From: Phyllobates terribilis
Taxonomy: Eukaryota
Reading direction: 5' to 3'
DNA length: 64,000 nucleotides
NCBI RefSeq assembly: GCF_046119375.1
Contig: NW_027363230.1
Coordinates: forward strand, 310,001 to 374,000
The position numbers and the translations under genes were made by a program. Positions 37,101-46,060 of this stretch are shown piece after piece (positions within the stretch are counted from its first letter, which is position 1; every line of letters starts with the position of its first letter). Under the pieces are notes generated by a model, which made no database searches, was not told the DNA's origin, and saw only the letters and a program-made list of their open reading frames with translations.

Positions 37101-40100
37101 ATTTTAGGTAACCACTGGCCACCAATGAAATGTATTTAAAATTTATTGGGGACCAGAAACAGACAAAAAAAAAATATGGGAGCCTAAAAAAATAAAACAT
37201 GTATAGGGCCAAAAATATAAACCTATGGGGGCCAAAATAACATATGGGGGCAGTTTAAAGGACACAGTAGGGCAATTTAAATAGCAGGATCAGGCTGATG
37301 GGAACTACTGCTCCCATCGAGCTGATCCTGCTTGCACGAGTGGACGGGGGACAGACATAGGCCGATGGGAGTAATAGTGTCACATCGGCCTATGTCTGCC
37401 TGCACGCAGACATCGCGCAGACACCGCGCACACACCAATCATACATCATACCACATACATCAGGGAGCGGGGAGCGCAGCACAGAACGGGAAAGCCGGCG
37501 GTATAGTCTTTTCACTGCCGGCTTCCCCGCCCGGGTCCTCCGCTCCCCGCTCCTTGGTGCTGCGCTCCCCGCCCGGTCCTAACTTACGATCAGGATGGGG
37601 GGAGCGGAGGATCGGGGTGGGAGGCTGTGGGGAAGCAGTATGGGGCTGTGTGATTGTTTAAAAGCTGGCGGCTTTTTACCGCCCACCAGCTTTTAAACAA
37701 TCAGGAGAATTCTCCCACGCTGGGATGGCATTCTGATGACAGGCTGGATCGCAGCTGAGCGCTGCCATCCAGCTTGTCATCCTTCAGAGACACTGTATAG
37801 TGCAGGCATTATGGGAACTTCCGATTCCGGTATCCGATATCCTAAAAGTATCGGAACTCCGATACTGCGAATATCGGTCGATATTTCAGTATCGGAATGC
37901 TCAACACTATTCAGGAATGATCGTATTTACACTATTCCCCTATAATAGCATTAATTCTGCAACTTTATAATCCAACCATGGAGATTGTTAGATGAAAATA
38001 GTTCAAATGAAAAATAGATTCGTTTTCAAGCAAAGAAACTAAGTAAACTGAGTGATAACCATCTCCTCTGATACACTTTTTTTTCCAAAGCAACTCATTC
38101 AGAAAGAGATCTAGATCTCTTATGGTATTTGTCAAATCTCAGATGGTCTTAAGCTAAGGTATTAGCATCCCGTCCCGTTAAACATGTACCTTAAGTACGT
38201 ATCATCCTGTGCTTGAGTAATAATCAGAACAGTCTTACCTCAGTGTGAAGGCATTCGTCTTAACTAGCAAAGATGCTTCTCCTTCACCACAGGAGTCTCA
38301 CGGATACGGGGACATTTTAACTCATCCACTGATTCCTCCTTTTATAGGTTTATTGCAGCGCTGCCATCTTATCACTCCAAGAGCGCACCGACTGGATATT
38401 TAACCAACTCGCCACTTAGTTGAGTCTACCAGTTTATGACTTTAATCGCAAGAATACATAGTGTAATATGGTTCCATTGACTTAATTTCCAATTTGTCCA
38501 TCTGCACTTCTAACTGGGAGGATACACTGGTCTTGAAATAATTTTACCAGATCCTGCATAATCATGTCTGTCGGGCAACTCCATTAGGAAGATGGACTGG
38601 GATATTTACTGGTTCGTCAGTCCCATACCAGCGAGTCCAACTCGTACCTCCCTTAGTAGGGCAGGCCGTTAGTGCTGCCCGACTCAGTACAATCAAGTTT
38701 ATCTTTCCATTCCGAATCAGGAGGGTAGATTGAGGCAATTTTTGGATTATCAACCATAGTTGCCAGTGAGTCGAGCTCGCACTTCCCTTAGGAAGGCCGA
38801 CCGGTATGGTGCTGCCTTACTTGGCACAATCAAGTTCATCTTACCATTCTATACCAGGAGGGTAGATTGAGGCAATTGGTAGTTAGTCAGCTCCCAATAC
38901 TGGCGAGTCCAGCTCGCACTTCCCTTAGGAAGGCTGACCGGTATAGTGCTGCCTTACTTGGCACAATCAAGTTTATCTTACCATTCCATACCAGGAGGGT
39001 AGATTGGGGCAATTGATGGTCTATCAACCAACTCATACCTCCCTTAGGAGGTCAGACCGGTATAGTGCTGCCCTCTTGGCACAATCAAGTTTCTTATCAC
39101 TGTAAGCCAGAAGGGTAGATTGGGGCAAATGTTGGATTTTCAGCCCCCCACCGGTGAGTACAACTCGCAGCTCCTCCTACCATTTCCTATCAGGGGGATA
39201 TGGGATATAGAGAGTTTAATCACTTAAGGTCGAAAAGGTCATTCGAAGACTCCAGGTAGGAGTTTTAAGTGGACTTATAGTGGTTTCTTTTAAGCTTTGC
39301 ACAGACATGTTCCTCTTGCACCTTCAACCAGGAGGGGGTGGGGGGAACTGAGCTGCAGATGTTTATCAGCCAGTTCATCTAAAGAGATGGAGGCCTCTCA
39401 TATGATGAGAGGTTGAAAAAGTTGAGCTTGTTTAGCTTAGAAAAATGACTCCTCAGAGGGGGATCTCATTTACATCTATAAATATATGTGTGGTCAGTAC
39501 AAAGGACTAGCACATAACTTATTCCCTCCAAAGACCATACTAAGGACCAGGGGCACTCATTTCGGGTGGAAGAAAGGCAATTCCAGCACCTAAAATATGA
39601 AAGGGTCCTTTACTGTCAGTGCAGTCAGACTGTGGAATGCCAACCACAAGAGGTAGTAAGGGCAGACACTAACAGCTTTTAAAAAAGAAAAGGCTGGATG
39701 ATTTCCTCGATACACATAATATTGTGGGTTACAGTTAAATTAGATAAAATATTACACCTATAGTAGTACATTTGATCCAGGGTTCTAGGACTGATCACCT
39801 TTTCTTGGGGTCAAGAGGGAATTTTTTTTTTTTCCCCTTGATGCAAATTGCTGAATGTGACCTGGGTTTTGCCTTCTTCTGGATCAACAGTTTTTAGGTA
39901 TAGGGATTTTAGTAAAACCATTGTTACAAATACAAAAAAATAAAACTAATTAAAAATTATAAACTGATTCATTATAATTGTAATAGTGAAGTTATAATTA
40001 TAAAGGTAATAATACATTTGTGAGGCCTAGTCCCAGTAAGTTAGTAAGTTAGTGTCAGAGTGCAATTGGGGGAGAAAGGTTGAACTTGATGGACCTAGGT

Positions 40101-43100
40101 CTTTATTCAATCTGTTACGTTACTAATGATCCCAGATTGTGAAGATAAACTGAACTTAAATTGGTATTATTCTTTTAGCGCCCCCATTCACACCTTTACC
40201 AAGAAGACCACTGGGACATAGATGATAAATGCAGACTAGTTCAATATGCTATCCAAGTATGAAGGATTGACTGGACCTGTTACTCAGCAGCTATCCTTTG
40301 GACTGTATTTAATAGAATCACCCCAGACCGAGGGCATCGTCCAGAGACCTTATTTACCAATATCAGTAATATTGCTAGTAAAGGGCAGTGAAGTTTTGAG
40401 ACCTTAGTGAAACAGATCTACAAGCCCCAAGTTGTCTTGCTAACCGGGCAACCCCCCGTGAGGCAGACAGCTGAGGAAAATCCTAGACCTAACGTGGCAG
40501 GTTCTTCCGCAACTATTAAGCGGTCTAAAAAAACCTTCAGACAGGCCAACGTGAGTCATAAACCTACACCTGAATTGGCATGAGGCCTAGCTGTGAGGCT
40601 CTATGCAAACCATGAGGTCTAGCCATGAGGCTCAATATGCAAGCCATGAGGCCTAGCCGTGAGGTTCAATACGCAAGCCGTGAGGCTCAATACACAAGCC
40701 ATGAGGCTTAATACGCAAGCCATGAGGCCTAACTGTGAGGCACAATACGCAAGCCATGAGGACTACCGTGAGGCTCATTTCGCAAGCCATGAGGCCTAGC
40801 CGTGAGGTTCAATACGCAAGCCATGAGTCATAGCCGTGAGACTCAATACGCAAGCCATGAGGCTCAATACACAAGCCATGAGGCCTAGCCATGATGCTCA
40901 ATACGCAAGTCATGAGGCCTAACCGTGAGGCTCAATACGCAAGCCATGAGGCCTAACCGTGAGGCTCAATGCACAAACCATGAGTCCTAGCGTGAGGCTC
41001 AATACACAAGCCATGAGGCCTAGCCTTGAGGCTTTATACACAAGCCATGAGGCCTAACCATGAGGCTCAATACACAAGCCATGAGGCTTAGGCCAAAAAA
41101 ACGTAGGTAGGTACGGAATCATTAAATTTAGATTCTTCCAGACTGATGTTATCATTTCAGCGCCCAACTGGGCCCCTGCTCATTGCCACTCACTAGAGGT
41201 AGCTATAGAACTCAGCATGGTGTTCCATGATTCACTGGTGTTCCATGATTTACGGCTGCTCCAGCCGTGAGCTCCAGGCTTCTACATCCTTGAGGACAGG
41301 AAACCACATTGAAGGAGGAAGTGGGGGTTGCCTTTTTATTTTGTGCTCAGGGCTTCCTGTCCGGTAATAGGGGCAGATCCTACTCTCTCTCGTATGGTGC
41401 TGTCATGGGGGAAGGGAAAAAGGTGGCTCCTGGTGACAGAAGCAGATGTCACAGTAGGAGATCCCAGAGGAGATAGGACACACCATTTGCAGAAGCTCTT
41501 ATATGACACAATGGCAGAAAACCAGATCAGTAGAAATCACCTTAAAGTGGCTCCATTTTGGAAATTATAACCCTCAGTGAATTAATCTATAGGAGTAGTG
41601 ACTATTTTGACTCCAAAGCCACTTTCCTGAAATTAGCACGCTGTGGATGTTGTAGAGTGAAAATTGCACATTTGTTGTTTTATAACCCAACACATAGTGT
41701 CCAGATTGTGCTCCAGGAGACACACACCATCAATTAAGTGGGTTCTTCTCACTATAGTAATGCCAAATACATGGATGATAAATGTGGTTTGGGCACACTG
41801 CAAAGCTCAGAACAAGGGGGAGATTTGACTTTGGGAGAGCAGATATTGCTGGATTGGTTTATGAAAGCCATGTTGCTTTTCAAGAGCCTTTGAGCCACTA
41901 ATAATGTGGAAACCTCTGTTTTTCAGATGATGGACCTGAGTGAGGACTTGTTTTTTTGTGAGATGAGAAGTTTTTTTTGGTATTATTTTCGCTTACATAA
42001 CATTGTTTGGTGGCTTTTTATTCCATATATGGGAAGCAGAATGAACAAACAATTGAACACCACGCTCTTCTGGTTCATCCTATGAGGTTATCTATTAGAC
42101 TGTGAACTGTCATTGTCTTGGTGAATAATTCAATTTTTTTGCATAACTTCCCATTTTTACAGACAGTTTAAGTAGAAATGTTCAAAAATATATAATTACA
42201 CGGATTTTTTATTAAAAAATACTAATTGCTTTTATTATTGGCAGATGATTGTACCAGGAGATCAGAGGGACAGCTGACATCTTCAATTTTCAAATCAGAT
42301 AATTTTGAGATCTCAGAGGATACAATTGAAGTGAATAGCATTACTCCAGATATACCATCATCCCTTCACATCAAAGATCTGTCTTCTGATCCTTTGAAAC
42401 AGGTTCTGTCTTCTGATTCATTACCGACTACTCAGAAAAATCAGAGTCACAAAATAAGCATTAAAAAACAAATTGCTCCTAAAGCAAAGAAGCCATTTTC
42501 ACGTTCAGAATATAGAAATAGTTTTCCCCTCAAAAAGTCTTTTCTTAAGCATGAAAAAATTCACAAAGCGAAGAATAGATTTTCTTGTTCCAAGTGTGGG
42601 AGATGTTTTAATCAGAAATCAGATTTTGTTAGGCACCAGATAACTCACACAGGAGAGAAGCCATTTTCCTGTTCAGAATGTGGGAAATGTTTTACAAAGA
42701 ATTCAGATCTTATTGGACATCAGAGAACTCACACAGGGGAGAAGCCATTTTCATGTTCAGAATGTGGAAACTGCTTTACAGTGAAATCAAATCTTATTGC
42801 ACATCAGAGAACTCACACAGGGGAGAAGCCATTTTCATGTTCAGAATGTGGGAAATGTTTTATAAAGAAATCAAATCTTATCAGCCATCAGAGAACTCAC
42901 ACAGGGGAGAAGCCATTTTCATGTTCAGAATGTGGGAACTGCTTTACAGAGAAATCAAATCTTATTGCACATCAGAGAATTCACACAGGGGAGAAGCCAT
43001 TTTCATGTTCAGAATGTGGGAAATGTTTTGCAAATCAATCAAATCTTATCAGCCATCAGAGAACTCACTCAGGGCAGAAGCTATTTTCATGTTCCGAATG

Positions 43101-43773
43101 TGGGAACTGCTTTACAGAGAAATCAAAGCTTATTACACATCAGAGAACTCACACAGGGTTGAAGCCATTTTCATGTTCAGAATGTGAGAAATGTTTTGTA
43201 CAGAAATCAAATCTTATCAAACATCAGAGAATTCACACAGGGGAGAAGCCATTTTCATGTTCAGAATGTGGGAAATGTTTTGTACAGGAATCAAATCTTA
43301 TTAGACATCAGAGAATTCACACAGGGGAGAAGCCTTTTTCATGTTCAGAATGTGGGAACTGTTTTACATTGCAATCAACGCTTATCGACCATCAGAGAAC
43401 TCACACAGGGGAGAAGCCATTTTCATGTTCAGAATGTGGTAAATATTTTGCAAAGAAATCAAATCTTAGCAAACATCAGAGAATTCACACAGGGGAGAAG
43501 CCATTTTCATGTTCAGAATGTGGAAAATGTTTTGTACGGAAATCAAGTCTTATCAAACATCAGAGAACTCACACAGGGGAGAAGCTTTTTTCATGTTCAG
43601 AATGTGGGAAATGTTTTACAGAGCAATCAACGCTTATCGAACATCAGAGAACTCACACAGGGGAGAAGCCATTTTCATGTTCAAAATGTGGGAAATGTTT
43701 TAACCAGAAAGCGCATCTTGATAGCCACCGGAGAACCCACACAGAGGAGAATGCCGCAGCTACACCCAACTAG
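505..43773 (+). CDS. Spliced KRAB-like C2H2 zinc-finger gene (amphibian oocyte/gastrula ZNF, XlCOF/XlCGF-like), 6 coding exons, ~707 aa
   Basis: Exons 505-606, 734-913, 997-1120, 1203-1300, 6872-6962 and 42245-43773 all have GT/AG borders and compatible phases (0,0,1,0,1). They total 2124 nt = 707 aa + stop with no internal stop. An alternative in-frame ATG lies at 529. No transcript evidence is available. Confidence 0.8.
734..913 (+). CDS. ZNF coding exon 2 (DYTVVKKT...[16 protein letters not shown])
   Basis: Acceptor ccataaccAG at 732-733, donor GTGACA at 914; 180 nt, phase 0/0. Confidence 0.8.
997..1120 (+). CDS. ZNF coding exon 3, KRAB-A-like box ([21 protein letters not shown])
   Basis: KRAB-A-like DVAVYFSxEEW motif; acceptor gtgtcAG at 995-996, donor GTAATA at 1121. 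Confidence 0.85.
1203..1300 (+). CDS. ZNF coding exon 4 (linker, ...[24 protein letters not shown])
   Basis: Acceptor ttttccttcAG at 1201-1202, donor GTAGAT at 1301; phase 1/0 keeps the frame. Confidence 0.75.
1479..2092 (-). repeat. 3' LTR of the sushi-type element
   Basis: TG..CA ends; homologous to 6252-6846; TATA-like TATATTA on the minus strand at 1859-1853. Confidence 0.9.
2110..5364 (-). pseudogene. pol: protease (LDSGA), RT (YxDD mutated to CLND), RNase H, integrase, chromodomain
   Basis: ORF pieces 4846-5364, 4438-4680, 3412-4110, 2822-3550, 2677-2877, 2142-2408 and 1918-2217 ([13 protein letters not shown] chromodomain); multiple stops and frameshifts. Confidence 0.9.
5292..6238 (-). 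pseudogene. gag, frameshifted, with degenerate CCHC knuckle ([14 protein letters not shown])
   Basis: ORF pieces 5969-6238, 5607-5981 and 5509-5832 (retrotransposon gag RLRQG motif); ATG 14 nt after the 5' LTR. Confidence 0.85.
6252..6846 (-). repeat. 5' LTR of the sushi-type element
   Basis: TG..CA ends; homologous to 1479-2092 with many substitutions and indels. Confidence 0.9.
6872..6962 (+). CDS. ZNF coding exon 5 ([30 protein letters not shown])
   Basis: Acceptor atttgtttcAG at 6870-6871, donor GTGAGT at 6963; 91 nt, phase 0/1. Confidence 0.75.
7126..7170 (-). ncRNA. Degenerate minimal hammerhead-like motif in PLE pseudo-LTR (second copy at 15905-15950)
   Basis: CTGATGA-a-GGTC/GACC stem-AAAAC on the minus strand; G12 of the GAAA core is replaced by A in both copies. 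Confidence 0.4.
7472..9082 (-). mobile_element. Tc1-like DD34E DNA transposon with IR/DR-type long TIRs, defective
   Basis: TA TSD (7470-7471 / 9083-9084); ~200-bp TIRs starting CAGTGGGTACGGAAAGTATTCAGACCC with an internal direct repeat; transposase split into 8280-8825 and 7687-8430 ([14 protein letters not shown]-34-E). Confidence 0.95.
10432..13574 (-). mobile_element. CR1 LINE copy 1 (near-complete ORF2: APE endonuclease + RT), disrupted
   Basis: ORF pieces 13206-13586 (YTNARSL, GISETW), 12391-13185, 11557-12273 and 10630-11514 (FADD); 3' tail of CTATGTTA repeats; 7-bp TSD GTAATTG (10425-10431 / 13575-13581). Confidence 0.95.
16097..16652 (+). mobile_element. Solo LTR (556 bp)
   Basis: TG..CA ends, 4-bp TSD CTGT (16093-16096 / 16653-16656), AATAAA near 16577; interrupts the PLE pseudo-LTR. 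Confidence 0.8.
20255..20606. repeat. 37-bp tandem repeat in the 3' LTR, 9 units + partial
   Basis: AAAACCGCAGACGCGGTGGACAGAGCTGAGCAAAGCG, head-to-tail, no spacers. Confidence 0.95.
21312..23018 (-). pseudogene. Gag capsid-like domain (RTL/LDOC1-like) fused to acidic Ser/Pro/Glu 57-aa repeats; one frame with 3 premature stops
   Basis: ORFs 22458-23018, 22269-22451, 21669-22259 and 21312-21641 share one frame; N-terminus PPRYYGDP...FVEQCMLHF...GDALEW; 171-bp repeat anchors at 21610, 21781, 21952, 22123 and 22294. Confidence 0.75.
23445..24056. repeat. 37-bp tandem repeat in the 5' LTR, 16 units + partial
   Basis: Same unit as 20255-20606, with variant units clustered at ~23808-24003. Confidence 0.95.
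25538..26760. repeat. CpG-rich alternating purine-pyrimidine minisatellite (ACACAGTACGCAGACATGCGC variants)
   Basis: Variable ~21-27-bp units, followed by (AT)n at ~26835-26882. Confidence 0.9.
29022..29370. mobile_element. hAT-type MITE (TIR TAGTGATGAGCG)
   Basis: Perfect 8-bp TSD GTTCTAAT (29014-29021 / 29371-29378). Confidence 0.9.
29550..31720. repeat. Degenerate ~370-400-bp tandem units, probably the interior of a non-autonomous DNA element
   Basis: Recurrent CACATATGGGGTAT and CAAAATGG-GTCACTTG anchors near 30036, 30417, 31105 and 31490; no termini found. Confidence 0.5.
33316..37909. mobile_element. 4.6-kb fold-back non-autonomous hAT element (TIR TAGTGTTGAGC)
   Basis: Perfect 8-bp TSD TTCAGGAA (33308-33315 / 37910-37917); ~1.6-kb inverted arms at 33454-~35030 and ~36140-37733. 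Confidence 0.9.
38620..39150. repeat. Four ~125-135-bp tandem units inside the DIRS element
   Basis: Recurrent GGCACAATCAAGTT...AGGAGGGTAGATTG. Confidence 0.75.
39386..40123 (+). mobile_element. Old 5'-truncated CR1 3' fragment inside DIRS
   Basis: Degenerate [34 protein letters not shown], ending in a GTTAC-repeat tail. Confidence 0.75.
40575..41095. repeat. 34/21-bp VNTR (GCCATGAGGCCTAGCCGTGAGGCTCAATACGCAA) near the DIRS 5' end
   Basis: About 16 imperfect units seen directly. Confidence 0.85.
42245..43773 (+). CDS. ZNF terminal exon: spacer, one degenerate finger and 14 C2H2 fingers
   Basis: ORF 42226-43773 carries 14 CxxC-x12-HxxxH fingers with TGEKP-type linkers; acceptor tttattattggcAG at 42243-42244, phase 1. 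Confidence 0.95.
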
Positions 43774-44109
43774 TCTCTGTACAGACTAGAAAGGCCCTAG
43801 CTGCACAACTAAAAATACTACGGACCTAATTCTCTAATTGAGGAGTTTCTCGTACCTCCTGAGGAACCAGAGGGGAGGCCACAACATACTGTCAACCAGG
43901 GGAAAGGAAAGTATGAAGTAAAATACGAAAACCCTGAGTGAGAAACTAAAACACATTCATATAGGGCAAAGAAGGCAAGCTAATGAGAGCCACAAATAAA
44001 AGGAACAAGTATAATCTCCCAGAAACCTAACATTGTTAGAATGAAAATGTACTAGGAGGGAAAGCAAACTGACCGGGAGGATAGTTTCACCTTTGTGGTG
44101 AAACTTATA

Positions 44110-44520
44110 CAATTCATCCTCACCAACTGTAAATGTAAACCTGTCCATTTATAATGACCACGGACAAGATAAAGATTCCCAACTCACATCAGGACCACAA
44201 GATCCCAGGTACTTTCAGCTGCATCACAACTAATGTAGTGTACTTAATTATATGTACCAAAGGTCCAACTGGGGGTCTGTATGTAGGGGAGATGGGGCAA
44301 AAACTTAGAACAAGGATGAATTCTCATCGCCACACAATAAAAGAAAAAAAGAATAGATCTACCTGTAGCCAAACATTTTTGTATCCCTGATCACAGCATC
44401 ATGGACATGAAATTACTTGTATTAAAAGGTAACTTCAAATCTCAGAGAGACAGAGTTATGACAACCTTTTACACACTCGGAGCAGGAATGAATGTGTCAC
44501 TTGGATTTATGTCTTTTTAC
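44110..44520 (+). mobile_element. Penelope 3' fragment (GIY-YIG endonuclease)
   Basis: ORF 44154-44390 FSCITTNVVYLIICTK...LYVGEMGQKLRTRMNSHR. Confidence 0.75.
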
Positions 44521-45869
44521 TAGTGATGAGCGAATACATTCGGCACTATTCTTTACTCTCACGAATAGTACACAATTCAGGCTCTTCGACGAGTCATTAG
44601 CTATTCACCTCGGTATATTCGAGTGACCCGCCCAGCATGTTTGGCGCTTTATTTGCAGCCAATGAACATGCTGGGCTTGCTTGCCAATCACAGTAATGCC
44701 GTTGCCATCTTTGTTGTGGCATTACTGTGATTGGCTGGCCTTACAGCATCATAGGGGGATATTTAAGCCCTGCCGGCGCTATCTTGCGCATTTTACATGC
44801 GGACTCAACGTAGTGTGAGCGTAGGGAGAGTGAAAGCAGCGTATAGGGAGTGTCTTTTAAGAGCTATTTAGAGTGAAGATTAGTTCTCTGTTAGGTTGAG
44901 ATAGCGCAGAGTGAGATTTAATACGAGGGAGAGGAAAAGGGAGGCAGGGTGTTAGCATTGCAAGTACATGCTGCAGATCTCTGCTAGGTTGCATTGTGTA
45001 TAGTCAGAAGCATATAAACCGAAGAACATGGCGGTATAGATAAACCATAGTTCATATGTGGGCACTCCCAATAAAGTACAACCTACAAAAAGAGTGGAGT
45101 GACAGAGCCCCAAAAAGAGTCAGGTCACCATCATAATGTTTTATTGTGTATCCAAAATCTAAAAAGAAGGTCCCACGGACACTCCTAAATAGAGCACAAC
45201 CAATAAAAATAGTATGTCATGGGTGAAAACTACAAAAAGGACAGAGAGACAACCATGTGAGTCTACAAATATGGGTACATGAAAAGAAGTGACAATATTA
45301 TCAATCCAAGTATCAATTATTCCAGTTACCAAGTAAATGGACAACGTAACTTACAATTAATTACATTAAATGTCCTATGTTAATCCATTCCTGGACACTT
45401 CAACATGAATAAACAACCAAAATATCCAGATCAATATATACTAAACGTCTGGACAATGAAGAGATACCAGCTGCTTATAAAAGATATAGATTTTATTTCA
45501 TCAAATTGATAAAACCAATTAACAAGACAGGGCAACAACCTCTATAAAGGAGCGACACATACATGAGCTGGGAGGGAAAATTAACCCCCAAAAAAGGCCA
45601 AAAAATTGAACATCACTAGTAAACAAGAAATTAATTAATATAATGCCATATTCATACAATGTATTTGTTAGTAAGTGGCATGAATCATACACATGATGGT
45701 AACATAACTTAATTTAAATCAATACTGAAGAGACTATCCTAATGAAAAAATACAGCCTAAAATGCCAAAGTTTAAGGTGCCAGTGCTTCAGTGACTCTGA
45801 TGGTCATACAGATAATAGATAGGTATGTCATGATGTAAAACAGGCCAATGAATACAGGTAAACTGCAGA

Positions 45870-46060
45870 CTGTGATATTTCAGTTTTTCTTTTTTAATAA
45901 ATTTGCAAAAATTTCTACATTTCTGTTTTCTTTCAGTCAAGATGGGGAGCAGAGTGGACTTTAATGAGAAAAAAATGAACTTTTTAGAATTTACCAAATG
46001 ACTGCAATGAAACAAAGAGTGAAAAATTTAAAGGGGTCTGAATACTTTCCGTACCCAGTG
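45870..46060. mobile_element. Solo right TIR of the same Tc1 family as 7472-9082
   Basis: Matches ~8900-9082, ending ...GAATACTTTCCGTACCCAGTG-TA. Confidence 0.85.

Larger units (their letters stand above)
32128..41421 (-). mobile_element. DIRS1-like tyrosine-recombinase retroelement, non-autonomous or decayed
   Basis: Inverted terminal repeats (~32168-32275 vs ~41299-41407), a 3' extension ending ...CCGTTT, and an internal complementary region at ~32402-32487 joining the two termini through TTT; no recognisable RT/YR ORF. Confidence 0.8.

Noticed and set aside
42678-43789. Alternative-frame ORFs over the finger exon
   Set aside because: By-products of the 84-bp finger periodicity
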